This document shows positions 50,245 to 59,807 of a DNA stretch of 64,000 nucleotides, in pieces. Position numbers and translations under genes: made by a program. Each line of letters starts with the position of its first letter. Within the stretch, counting starts at the first letter, position 1. Below the pieces are notes generated by a model that saw only the letters and a list, made by a program, of their open reading frames with translations, was not told the DNA's origin and did not search any database. Source of the DNA: an uncultured virus (IMG/VR IMGVR_UViG_3300028888_000068) (taxonomy: Duplodnaviria; Heunggongvirae; Uroviricota; Caudoviricetes); IMG/VR virus record IMGVR_UViG_3300028888_000068; one strand, written 5' to 3'.

Positions 50245-50367
50245 AAAATCCAGAGACCTGTGTAAAATATAAAGTCAATCAAGCAGTTGCAGAATGGATT
50301 GACAGCTGTGATGACATGGCAAAACAAAATACAGTAAGTTTAACACTTTATTTAAATAGCATTTAAT

Positions 50368-50901
50368 ATGGATCCAACTGAAGCTACTGTAAATCAGTCT
50401 AAAACAGAAAACAAGTCTGACTGGTCTTTCCTGAAAGTACTTGTGGACAGAAATGAGCCGAAAGTTCATTTTGGCTCTCCTAAATTTACCCAATATTCTT
50501 ACGTCGACAAAACAGACGGAAGAAAAAGAATCGTGGTAAAATGTGAAATGGAGTCTCAGCTAGTCCTTCCTGAGGGTTTTTTCAGGGATGATGAAATGGG
50601 AACAGAAGAGTTCATTCATTATCCTTCGGTAAAAGTCATCAAGACTACTGGTAAGGCAATCTGCGACGAAAGAGACGAAGAAAATTTCAGCCTAACTCTT
50701 GGCATGAGAGTTTCTCGTGTTCGTGCAGAAAAGAGGGCGTTCGAAAGACATGCCAAAGCCCTTGAAGCTAGAATGACTAAACTTCTTGATTTCTATCACA
50801 ACTCTCTAGACAGTTTCATGGCAAAAGCTGACAAAGTCCTAGCTGATGAGATTATCTGGGAAGAGAAGAAGAAAGAAGAAACGCCGTCAGAAGAGAAGTA
50901 A
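50368..50901 (+). CDS. Phage hypothetical protein
   Basis: GKAIC...D...F...LG...RA pattern common in phage proteins. Confidence 0.7.
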   Translation: MDPTEATVNQSKTENKSDWSFLKVLVDRNEPKVHFGSPKFTQYSYVDKTDGRKRIVVKCEMESQLVLPEGFFRDDEMGTEEFIHYPSVKVIKTTGKAICDERDEENFSLTLGMRVSRVRAEKRAFERHAKALEARMTKLLDFYHNSLDSFMAKADKVLADEIIWEEKKKEETPSEEK

Positions 50902-50945
50902 AACTTGGGGCTAGGTAAAAATTCCTAGCCTCTAATTTATAAAAT

Positions 50946-51698
50946 ATGAGAAAATTACTTCTTATTATAGACCCTCAATATGATTTTGTAAATCCTTACG
51001 GGTCTTTATTCGTTAATGGGGCTCCAGAAGCTATAAAGAATATTGCATCTTATATAAGAAAGCATGGAGAAGATCTTTCCGGAATAGCAGTAACTATGGA
51101 TACTCACCATAAGTATCATATTGCTAATCCTGGATATTGGAGCCCTAGACCAAAGCCATTTACCAGAATAACTGCGGAAGACGTCGCTTCTGGAAAATTT
51201 AGGCCAATTAAGGAAGAGTATAGGGAGACTACTAAAAGTTATTTAGCCTCTATTGACGGAATAACAATCTGGCCAGAACATTGTCTGGAAGGTTCTCCTG
51301 GTTGGGCAATGCCTCGTGAGCTTTCTGAGGCTATTCATGAGTGGGAGCTTCAAACAGAGCCGGTAGAGTTTGCAGAATACTATCAAAAAGGAACAAATCC
51401 TACTTTTGAAGCATTCTCATTATTCACAGAGGCTCCAGGAATGGAAGGTTACCGGCCCTATGCAGACATCAATGTATTCTCAGACTATGATAAAATTGTA
51501 GTTTGCGGTTTTGCAAAAGATGTCTGTGTAGCAAATACAGTTATGGATATGCTTAGAGATGGAGAAGAATATTACAGAGATAAGCTAATGTTCTTTGAAG
51601 ATGGAATGGCTAGCATTGATCCAGAAAGTCCTATGAACCAGGTATTTCAGGATGCTATTCTGCAGTTTGGTGCTGAATTAGAAGTTGATATAAATTAA
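50946..51698 (+). CDS. pncA: Nicotinamidase (isochorismatase family)
   Basis: IDPQYDF, D-T-H, WPEHC, KG and GFAKDVCV. Confidence 0.85.
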   Translation: MRKLLLIIDPQYDFVNPYGSLFVNGAPEAIKNIASYIRKHGEDLSGIAVTMDTHHKYHIANPGYWSPRPKPFTRITAEDVASGKFRPIKEEYRETTKSYLASIDGITIWPEHCLEGSPGWAMPRELSEAIHEWELQTEPVEFAEYYQKGTNPTFEAFSLFTEAPGMEGYRPYADINVFSDYDKIVVCGFAKDVCVANTVMDMLRDGEEYYRDKLMFFEDGMASIDPESPMNQVFQDAILQFGAELEVDIN

Positions 51699-51759
51699 AA
51701 ACAATAAAGGCAGAAAAATAAACTGCCTTTCTCTTTCCTCGCTTTTCCTTATATATGTT

Positions 51760-52197
51760 ATGTATATACTAGTAAATAAGAAACCAGTTGATGTATTTAA
51801 AATAGATGCCGTATCTTCAATTATTCCGTTAGATATGAAAAGGTATAGAGCAGCGGTTAATTATCTTGAAGATCCTACTTTTGAAGGATTTCGTAAGAGG
51901 AAGATACAAGCAGATAAAAAGAAATCACAAAATATAGTAGAAAACATTATTAAATATATGATTAATGATGTTAGACACGAAGACTATAAAACGATGACAG
52001 GATATATTCCTACTAAATTTTCCGATGATTATGAGAAAAAGAATCTTGGATACTACTTTTGTATATCGCCGGGAAAGGATGAAGACTATATTTGTTCTAG
52101 AATATACAAAACAGAAGCAGAAGCAGAGAAAAACTTAAAAGATTTTCTTGAGCTTATAAATACCGTTAGAAGCATAGTATCTGAAATTACTATTTAG
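51760..52197 (+). CDS. Hypothetical protein
   Basis: Starts 2 nt after the motif at 51747-51757. Confidence 0.7.
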   Translation: MYILVNKKPVDVFKIDAVSSIIPLDMKRYRAAVNYLEDPTFEGFRKRKIQADKKKSQNIVENIIKYMINDVRHEDYKTMTGYIPTKFSDDYEKKNLGYYFCISPGKDEDYICSRIYKTEAEAEKNLKDFLELINTVRSIVSEITI

Positions 52198-52260
52198 AGA
52201 GGACCTTAGAATCCTCTCTTTAAATCCTTATATATGAAAAATTATTAATTAAACACAAAA

Positions 52261-53448
52261 ATGGAAGGAATTATTAAATCAAAATTAGAAAATGACCTTT
52301 ACAAATTTTCAATGAGTTATTTCTATATGATGAAATATCCCAAAGCACAAGGGATTTTTGCATTCCATGATAGAAATAATTCCACATATACGAAGGAATT
52401 TGTGGAAAGGCTTAAGAAGGAGATACGGCTGTTTGCTGAACTAAGAATGACCAACGAAGAGTTCGAGTGGGCAGTTAAGAATATCCCGTATATCCCTAGA
52501 TTTTTCTGGGAATGGTATCGTGGCTTCCAATTTGACCCTTCGGCTGTATCTATAAGCCTGGATTCCGAAAACCATCTTAAAATTTCGGCCTCTGGATATC
52601 TTTATCAGATTACTTTTTGGGAGGTTCCTATTCTCGCTATGGTGTCTGAGATTAAGAATGAACTTGAAGGAAATATCGAAAAGCTTGATGTTAACAAGTT
52701 TACTGATGCTCTAAAGAGAAAAATCAAACTTTCTAATGACAATGGAATGAAATTTTCTCTCTTTGGAATGCGGCGGAGATTCAGTGGCCCACTGGAGGCT
52801 CAGGTAACGGATATTTGCAGTAGAGAGGCAAAATATTGTGTTGGAACATCCAACGTCTGGTTTGCTTATGTCTATCATATGAGACCAACTGGAACGCTCG
52901 CCCATGAACTTATTATGGCAGCAGGAAGTTGGTATGGTTACAGGATGGCTAACTGGAGAGTGATGGAAGATTGGTCTAGTGTCTTTGGAATTGACCTTGG
53001 AACTATGCTGATCGATACCTTTACCTGTGATGTATTCTTCTGGAATTTCACAAGGGAACATGCTCATCTATTCTCTTCGTTGAGAATCGATTCTGGTGAT
53101 GAGTATGAAATTGCTGATAAAGCTATTAAATCATATCAGAAACTTGGAATTGATCCAACTCAGAAAACTCTAATATTCTCAAACTCTCTTAATTTCCCTA
53201 AGGCACTTGCTATTCAGCAGTATTGTGGAGATAGAATCAAGACTAGCTTTGGAATTGGAGGAAATCTTACAGCGGATGTTCCCGGAGTTAAGCCTAGCAA
53301 TATCGTTATGAAGCTATCCCGCTGTAGATTGACAGAAGATATGGATTGGCGAGATTGCATTAAAATCTCAGACGATCTAGGCAAACACATGGGAAATGAG
53401 ATTGAGCTAGAGAGAGCCTTAATTGAGCTAGAAATAAAGAATCCTTAA
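52261..53448 (+). CDS. pncB: Nicotinate phosphoribosyltransferase
   Basis: NDLYKFSM, FGMRRRFS, GTSN, GTLAHE, RIDSGD, FGIG and KISDDLGK. Confidence 0.92.
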   Translation: MEGIIKSKLENDLYKFSMSYFYMMKYPKAQGIFAFHDRNNSTYTKEFVERLKKEIRLFAELRMTNEEFEWAVKNIPYIPRFFWEWYRGFQFDPSAVSISLDSENHLKISASGYLYQITFWEVPILAMVSEIKNELEGNIEKLDVNKFTDALKRKIKLSNDNGMKFSLFGMRRRFSGPLEAQVTDICSREAKYCVGTSNVWFAYVYHMRPTGTLAHELIMAAGSWYGYRMANWRVMEDWSSVFGIDLGTMLIDTFTCDVFFWNFTREHAHLFSSLRIDSGDEYEIADKAIKSYQKLGIDPTQKTLIFSNSLNFPKALAIQQYCGDRIKTSFGIGGNLTADVPGVKPSNIVMKLSRCRLTEDMDWRDCIKISDDLGKHMGNEIELERALIELEIKNP

Positions 53449-53462
53449 TACAAATTCATCGT

Positions 53463-53494
53463 GAGCTAAGAACTAAAATTCTTAGCTCTTATTT
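53463..53494 (+). terminator. Terminator hairpin
   Basis: GAGCTAAGAA/TTCTTAGCTC stem followed by a T-rich tract. Confidence 0.7.
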
Positions 53495-53524
53495 CCTTAT
53501 ACATGAATTAAACATATAAAAACA

Positions 53525-54220
53525 ATGGGAAAATTTAAAGATTTTTTGAAAAATGCTGTTTTCGAAGAAGAAAACGAGAAAGAGAAAACAGTTAAACAAC
53601 AAGCCACTCCAGAACCTGAAAAGCAGACTAATTTTCGTTTAGTCGCGAGGGAGGAGAAGGCTAAGATTACAGAAACATCTTCTACTATAGAAGATGAAGA
53701 TGAAGGGGAAGTTAGCGAAGCTATTCTTGACATGCTAGAGAACGATCTAGAGCAAGAAAATATCCCCGGACCTGATTATCTTGAACTGAAAGCAGCTGCG
53801 GAAGATGAAGAAAGCATAAAGACGGAGCCTGATGAAAGAAAAAGATATCGCCAGGCTTTCTCTAATATGAAAAGATTTTTCCCAGATGCAGGTGTCACTG
53901 AAGATCGTATTTTTGACTCTGTAGAGCACTACAAAAAGGTTCTGCAGGCCAAAGAAGCAGATGCGAAAGAAGAGCTTGAAAGAAAAATTCAGACTGAAGT
54001 TATCTCATTGCGTGACGGAATTAGCGCCGAGGAGAAAGAGCTTCAGCGTAGAGAAGAACAGATTCGTCTCGAAAGGCAAAAGCTGGAAGAGAGAAAAGCT
54101 ACTATCGCAGAAAGAGAAAAGTCCCTTACTAAGAAAGGAAAAGACTTTATTAAGACTGCAGCATTTATGCAGCAAGCTCTTGACAGTGACCTCAAGAAAA
54201 TCAAAGAATATCTTAAATAA
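53525..54220 (+). CDS. Coiled-coil protein, first gene of the ABC/OmpA operon
   Basis: NIPGPDYLE motif; promoter motif at 53495-53505. Confidence 0.75.
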   Translation: MGKFKDFLKNAVFEEENEKEKTVKQQATPEPEKQTNFRLVAREEKAKITETSSTIEDEDEGEVSEAILDMLENDLEQENIPGPDYLELKAAAEDEESIKTEPDERKRYRQAFSNMKRFFPDAGVTEDRIFDSVEHYKKVLQAKEADAKEELERKIQTEVISLRDGISAEEKELQRREEQIRLERQKLEERKATIAEREKSLTKKGKDFIKTAAFMQQALDSDLKKIKEYLK

Positions 54221-54229
54221 TAAGATACT

Positions 54230-55261
54230 ATGGACAACAACAACGGTTTAGTTCCGATGGGATCTGAATTCTCATCGAAGAAGTCACCCTGGGAAAAACC
54301 CGGAGGGAAACTTGGAATGGTTGTAGCAGGATTGGGGATTGCAGGGGCAGGATATCTCCTCTATCTCCTACTGCCAATCATGATCTCACTCGCGTCAAAT
54401 GTTCTTTACCTGATTCTGATGCTTTTTGGTATTGGAATCCTAGGATACATCTTGACGTCTAAGAAGTTCTGGAATACGTTCAAAGTTGCGTATTTCATCA
54501 TCATGCGAAGAATCACTGGGTTCTTCATCAAGATTGACCCTGTTGCTATTCTCGAAGATTATATTAGAGATCTTCAGAAAAGAATCAGAGAAGTTTCGGA
54601 CAACATCAATCAAGTCCGTGGACTCATTAAGAAGAACGAAAGAAAACTTAATGAAGTAACGGATAAAAGAAACAACACTATTCTTGAGATTAAGCACTAT
54701 CGTCAAAGCGGTCAGAATGCTTTTGCTCAACAGAAAGAAGGCCTCTTAGTACTTTATGAAAAATCTGTTAAGGATAGAACAGCAAGACTTGAGACCTCCA
54801 AAAAGTGGTTAGAAGCGTTGACCAAGCTTCAGCAATATGCTACGTTCTCTGTCACTATCAATGAAGAAAAAGTTAAACTCTTTAAAGATGAGTACGAAGA
54901 ACTTAAGGCACAGGGAAAAGCCTTTAGGTCTATCAAATCTGCTCTCAATGGTGATCCTGATATGATGGAAAACTTTGAGACCGCTGTAGAAATCATGGAG
55001 AATGAAATCTCTATGAATCTCGGTGAAATCGAAGATATGATCGATGAGACTAACGGTCTTCTCGGTCAGGCTGACATGGAAAATGCAGTTATTTCCGACA
55101 AGGCCACGGCTATCCTTCAGAAATATGATAATCAGGAAGGAATTTTCAATGAAAATCGCTGGAAAGGTCTTCCTGAGCCTGAAGCTCAGCCAATTCAAAG
55201 ACTCTCTAATGAAGAGCTTTCTAAGAGAGATGCTAAAGGTAGAAAAAGTTATTTTGACTAA
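54230..55261 (+). CDS. Two-TM coiled-coil protein (PspA-like)
   Basis: Two TM helices, then IDPVAILEDYIRDL and a long coiled coil. Confidence 0.7.
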   Translation: MDNNNGLVPMGSEFSSKKSPWEKPGGKLGMVVAGLGIAGAGYLLYLLLPIMISLASNVLYLILMLFGIGILGYILTSKKFWNTFKVAYFIIMRRITGFFIKIDPVAILEDYIRDLQKRIREVSDNINQVRGLIKKNERKLNEVTDKRNNTILEIKHYRQSGQNAFAQQKEGLLVLYEKSVKDRTARLETSKKWLEALTKLQQYATFSVTINEEKVKLFKDEYEELKAQGKAFRSIKSALNGDPDMMENFETAVEIMENEISMNLGEIEDMIDETNGLLGQADMENAVISDKATAILQKYDNQEGIFNENRWKGLPEPEAQPIQRLSNEELSKRDAKGRKSYFD

Positions 55262-55283
55262 ACTCACATAAACAAAAACAATT

Positions 55284-56870
55284 ATGGCAAAAGTAAAACC
55301 CTGGGTGAAGATTGTAGGAATTGCACTCGTCGCCGCTGGCGTTGGACTTGGTCTTAACGCCGCTGGAGTCTTCAAGGGCTCTGAAAACAAAACCACTACT
55401 GAAAAAAGCAGTGGAGAGAAGAAACCCTCTGGAATTTTTGGAGGGAAAACTAAGAAAATTGACTACATAACTGTAGGAACCAACACCTATGCTGGCTTCT
55501 TGCCATTTATGTATCTCAACAACGGCCTGGAACCGAACGAAGACTGTATTCTCTATAAGGAGTATGGCCTTAAGATGAAAGTTGTCATTCAAGACGACTT
55601 CCAGGCTGGACGTATGGCTTTCAAAAATGGAAACATTGACGTTATCTACTGTACTGTCGATGCTATTCCCGTCGAAATGGGCGAAGGTTCTGAAATGACG
55701 GACGCTAAGGTCTTCAACCTCAGTAACTGGAGCCGCGGAGCAGATGCTATCGTTGTCGGAAAAAATATTAAGAAGGTAGTAGACCTTATCGGCAAAGTAG
55801 TAGCCTGCTCTGAAGGAACGGCCAGCCATACATTACTTCTCAATACCCTTGAGACCTCTGGCATTGGTTACGATAGAGTTAATCTCAAATCCTCTATCGA
55901 ACCTGACAAAGTTAATATTAAGGTAGTAGGCTCTGGGCTCGATGCTGCTGCTGCATTTAAGGCAGGTGCTTGTGATGCTGCTGTAGTGTTTTCACCGGAC
56001 GACCAGGACCTTGTAAATTCTGGACTCGGTCATGTCCTAGTCTCTACCAAGCAAGCCTCTAGTATTATCTGTGATGGACTTATTGCAAAACAGGATTTCA
56101 TTGACGCAAATCATGAAAATCTTGAAAAACTTATCGGCGCTCTCTTGTCTGCTAATGTCAAGATGAATACTGATATGTCCGCCGTCCGTCAGGCAGCACG
56201 ATATTTTGCCAAAGCTTATGGAACAGACGAAGATTTTGCCATCGAGGGTTCTAAAAACATTTACTACGTAACCCTTGAGGATGAAGCCAATTTCTTCGGA
56301 CTTAGGTCAGACTATACTGGAATGAAGGGAGACGAGCTTTATTCCAAGATGGCTAGAACTTATAGCGGTCTTGGTCTAGTTCGGAATCCCATTTCCTGGA
56401 GAAAAGCTTCTGATGATTCAGTTATTGAGGCTCTTCTCGGAAAGCCAGACTTAACTTCCGGAAATCAGGCTGCAGAAACTGGACCTGAATTTGAAGAAAG
56501 AGCCGGCCTAGAAACCGCTCCCGTATTCTCAAACAAGTCAGTTACCATTGAATTTCCGACAGGTTCTGCTACGCTCGATAACAATGGAAAAACAATTATC
56601 GATCGAGAGTTTAAGACTCTGGTTAAGCAGTTCTCTGGAGCTCGGTTTAGAGTTGAGGGAAATACTGACAACACTGGCTCGGCTGCAACTAATGAGGCAC
56701 TGTCTAAGAGGCGTGCTCAGGCTGTTGTAGATTACCTAGTCAGAGAATGCGGTGCTGATAGAAATCAGTTTACTGTTGTAGGCAATGGTTCCAAGCATGC
56801 AATTGATGCTGGTTCCAAAGGCTCAGATAGTAGATACAGAACTACTGATCTTTTACTGATCAGTGAATAA
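55284..56870 (+). CDS. ABC substrate-binding protein (SsuA/NMT1-like) fused to an OmpA-like peptidoglycan-binding domain
   Basis: WSRGADAIV; C-terminal FPTGSA...EGNTD...NEALSKRRAQAV. Confidence 0.85.
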   Translation: MAKVKPWVKIVGIALVAAGVGLGLNAAGVFKGSENKTTTEKSSGEKKPSGIFGGKTKKIDYITVGTNTYAGFLPFMYLNNGLEPNEDCILYKEYGLKMKVVIQDDFQAGRMAFKNGNIDVIYCTVDAIPVEMGEGSEMTDAKVFNLSNWSRGADAIVVGKNIKKVVDLIGKVVACSEGTASHTLLLNTLETSGIGYDRVNLKSSIEPDKVNIKVVGSGLDAAAAFKAGACDAAVVFSPDDQDLVNSGLGHVLVSTKQASSIICDGLIAKQDFIDANHENLEKLIGALLSANVKMNTDMSAVRQAARYFAKAYGTDEDFAIEGSKNIYYVTLEDEANFFGLRSDYTGMKGDELYSKMARTYSGLGLVRNPISWRKASDDSVIEALLGKPDLTSGNQAAETGPEFEERAGLETAPVFSNKSVTIEFPTGSATLDNNGKTIIDREFKTLVKQFSGARFRVEGNTDNTGSAATNEALSKRRAQAVVDYLVRECGADRNQFTVVGNGSKHAIDAGSKGSDSRYRTTDLLLISE

Positions 56871-56935
56871 ACCGTCTTGTTGTTTTGTTGGGGTGGGCAG
56901 TTGAAATATATTGCTCACCCTTTATCTTAAACAAT

Positions 56936-57202
56936 ATGACTAAGAAAGCTGATTGGAAACTAAAAAGAGAAGCTCAAGCAGACATTCTTCTTCCGTGGGC
57001 ACAAAACAAGATTAAGAAACTTGGATATAACGCCAAAATAGAAGGATATTCCGTTGTCTTTAGGGTTGGAGTCTGTAAAGTAAGATTCTATCCCTTTACT
57101 GGTGGAATTCAGTGGCAAGGAACTCCAGGGATAAAAGAAAGAGGAATGAGCAATCTTATAAAACTCATCAATGAACATGAAAAAACTAAAGGGACTGTTT
57201 AA
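56936..57202 (+). CDS. Hypothetical protein inside the ABC operon
   Basis: Start trimmed to MTKK; FYPFTG motif. Confidence 0.6.
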   Translation: MTKKADWKLKREAQADILLPWAQNKIKKLGYNAKIEGYSVVFRVGVCKVRFYPFTGGIQWQGTPGIKERGMSNLIKLINEHEKTKGTV

Positions 57203-58025
57203 GTTTGGAGGAAGCAGTGATTTTGGAAAGCTAACGCCGTTAGTCTCGGTGATAGGAATTCTTTTCCTTATTGGACTTTGGTGGTTAGAAGCTAAGTTTG
57301 AAGTTATACCAACTAAGATTCTTCCTGGACCATTCGATGTTTTAGGCTCTTATCCTGGTCTTATCACGGAGAATAGCCTCTTCGGAAATCTATGGTTCAC
57401 GGTTAAACTGAATCTCTTGGCATACTTCTGGGCAATATTAATATCTCTTGTAGTCGGATTTGCACTATCACTGATTCCTTTCCTTAACCTAGCGTTGGGA
57501 AAATATCTTAGTGCCCTTCGCTATACCCCACTGCCGAGTATCTCTGGTGTCTTCATAGCCGTTGCAGGACTCACATTTGGAATGAAAGTGAGTTTCCTTG
57601 CGGCTGGCTTGATAATCTTTATACTTCCGGCAGTAGCAGCGAAGGTAAACGAGCTACAGAATCCAACCAATGACTCCAATATCTACTTAGAGACTATGGA
57701 AACTCTGGGTGGAACTAGTTGGCAGAAGTTTAGGTATGTCTATTTCCCATATGTAACCTCCACAGTCAGTCAGGAAATTATAACCCTAACTGGTGTATCA
57801 TATTCCTACTGTGTTATCGCCGAACTTCTTTATAAATCCGGCGAAGGAATTAACGGCGTGGGAAGTTTAATCAATACCCTAATCAGACAATCTCATATGC
57901 CTGAAGCCTGGGCATGTTTGTTCCTGATTATTGCCGTCGGTGTACTTCAAGATTTTCTATTTAAGAAGCTTGATATTGCCCTATTCCCCTTTAAGTATAA
58001 CAAGAAAAGCATCTGGAGGAAATAA
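57171..58025 (+). CDS. ABC transporter permease (SsuC/TauC-like)
   Basis: About 6 TM helices; EAA-like ETMETLGGTSWQKFRYVYFP. Confidence 0.88.
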   Translation: MNMKKLKGLFKFGGSSDFGKLTPLVSVIGILFLIGLWWLEAKFEVIPTKILPGPFDVLGSYPGLITENSLFGNLWFTVKLNLLAYFWAILISLVVGFALSLIPFLNLALGKYLSALRYTPLPSISGVFIAVAGLTFGMKVSFLAAGLIIFILPAVAAKVNELQNPTNDSNIYLETMETLGGTSWQKFRYVYFPYVTSTVSQEIITLTGVSYSYCVIAELLYKSGEGINGVGSLINTLIRQSHMPEAWACLFLIIAVGVLQDFLFKKLDIALFPFKYNKKSIWRK

Positions 58026-58027
58026 AG

Positions 58028-58999
58028 ATGGGAATATTTAAGAAAGAGCTTGAAGAAAAGAGAAGACAGGAGTTAGAGGCTGAACTTGAGAAAGAAGAAG
58101 TCCTCGATAAAACAAGTGTCAAAGTAGAAACTGTGCCTCAGGAAACATTTGACAAACCGGAGGAAGTAGAAAAAGAAGTTCTTGAAAATGTTAATGTGTT
58201 CGACCTTAAGAATATTAATGTTTCTTTCAAGGTAGGACAAGAAGTCAAACATCTTTTCCAGGACTTTAACCTAGAAATCCCTGATATTCCTGGAAAATCT
58301 CAGGTGATTGGGTTTGCTGGTCCGTCGGGTTGTGGAAAGTCTCAGCTCCTTAGAATTATCTCAGGGCTGTCTAAACCACAATCTGGAGAGGTCCTAGTCT
58401 ATGGCCAACCCTATACAGACAAGACCCATTTTCCGCTGATTTTCCAAAGATACAGCAACTATGATTGGATGACCGTCTATGATAATCTTGCCCTTCCCCT
58501 TAAAATGAGAGGTATGAAGGACGGCGATATAAAGGCGGCCGTAGAAGAGATGATTGATATCTTAGGACTTCGTGGACATGAGCAGAAGTGGGGATATCCG
58601 GGAGGTGGACTTTCTGGTGGTCAATGTCAGAGAATTTCCATCGGCCGTAGTATTCTCGCCGCTGCAGGAAATAAAGACTCTAGGGGAAATCAAATCCTTC
58701 TCCTAGACGAAGCCACTAGTGCTCTTGACATCGTATCTAAGCACGAAGTTCATGACACCCTAATGAATATCTTGTATGGGACCGAACTAGACCCGACTAT
58801 GATAATCGTTAGTCATGATCCGTCTGAACTAGCTTTCCTGTGTGATAAAGTCTTCGTTCTTGCTCCCTGGCCCTGTCGTATTCATAAAGTTGTGGACATC
58901 GACTATGGGGTGGGAAAGAGAACGAGAGAAATCAAAGAAAGTCAGAAATGTCAGGACTATGCAAAGGAAATTGAGCAGTCTATCCGAGAAATTGAATAG
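58028..58999 (+). CDS. ABC transporter ATP-binding protein (SsuB/TauB-like)
   Basis: GPSGCGKS, LSGGQCQR, LLLDEATSALD and VSHD. Confidence 0.93.
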   Translation: MGIFKKELEEKRRQELEAELEKEEVLDKTSVKVETVPQETFDKPEEVEKEVLENVNVFDLKNINVSFKVGQEVKHLFQDFNLEIPDIPGKSQVIGFAGPSGCGKSQLLRIISGLSKPQSGEVLVYGQPYTDKTHFPLIFQRYSNYDWMTVYDNLALPLKMRGMKDGDIKAAVEEMIDILGLRGHEQKWGYPGGGLSGGQCQRISIGRSILAAAGNKDSRGNQILLLDEATSALDIVSKHEVHDTLMNILYGTELDPTMIIVSHDPSELAFLCDKVFVLAPWPCRIHKVVDIDYGVGKRTREIKESQKCQDYAKEIEQSIREIE

Positions 59000-59008
59000 A
59001 CCCCAAAT

Positions 59009-59087
59009 CCTTATAAGTGACTGTTTTTAAATCATCGCTGTTAGTTGAGTTAGGCCAGAGTGTAATAGCTTTGGCCTTTCTCTTTTT
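59009..59087 (+). ncRNA. Mini transcription unit
   Basis: Motif variant at 59009-19; hairpin at 59052-77; U-tract. Confidence 0.45.
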
Positions 59088-59095
59088 CCTTATAT

Positions 59096-59395
59096 ATGAT
59101 GGGATTCTGTTATATTAGTAAAGGTATATTTAAGTATAGAAAAACTTTAGGTCTATCTATATATCTACCAGGGCTTATTTGGTTAGATGAAGATAAAGTT
59201 AGTTCAGTACGGGTAAGTTGGAAAGAGAAATTGCTCTTTGTTGAGTGGAAAGATAGTTATGATATTGGTCTCTTATTTGAGAGTTCTTATGACTTAAATG
59301 ATTGTAGACTTTCTGGACCAAAATCAGTATTTGAATTATTTAGTGATGTAAGTTTAGACTACCTGGCTTCGGTTATGTCAGAGCTTCCTTTCTAA
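59096..59395 (+). CDS. Hypothetical protein
   Basis: Starts at the motif 59088-59098. Confidence 0.6.
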   Translation: MMGFCYISKGIFKYRKTLGLSIYLPGLIWLDEDKVSSVRVSWKEKLLFVEWKDSYDIGLLFESSYDLNDCRLSGPKSVFELFSDVSLDYLASVMSELPF

Positions 59396-59543
59396 TGACC
59401 GATAAATTCCTTATATGTGAACATATTAAATAACAAAAAAATAGACTCGATAGTATACACCAGGTTGTCGTGTATATTTATCGGTCTGGGATATGGACAG
59501 TCCGGGTGAGAGCTCCGACTGTTTTTTTGTCTTTTCCTTATAT

Positions 59544-59804
59544 ATGATGGAAAAGAAAGTTAGAGTTAGATTTAATTATAACTTATACGAAACCATTAAA
59601 GATTGTATACATGTAGAAGTATACGACTGGTCCTGTAGAGAAATTATAATTTTATCTAAAGAACAGGACCTAATCCGAGCGAAATTTAAACCTGTTGCTT
59701 GGACTGAAAGACCAGAGGGAGAATATTTACATACCCCTGGAATGCTATTTATGTATATTCCAGAAGAACTTCTAGAAATATATAGTGATCTTGAAAGAAT
59801 ATAG
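59544..59804 (+). CDS. Paralogue-family protein
   Basis: VRFNYNLY...MYIPEELLEIYSDL; start trimmed to the motif. Confidence 0.7.
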   Translation: MMEKKVRVRFNYNLYETIKDCIHVEVYDWSCREIIILSKEQDLIRAKFKPVAWTERPEGEYLHTPGMLFMYIPEELLEIYSDLERI

Positions 59805-59807
59805 TCA

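Noticed and set aside
53525..58999. Host chromosomal contamination or prophage boundary at the ABC operon
   Set aside because: Flanked on both sides by the phage-specific promoter motif, with no integrase or att-like signals.
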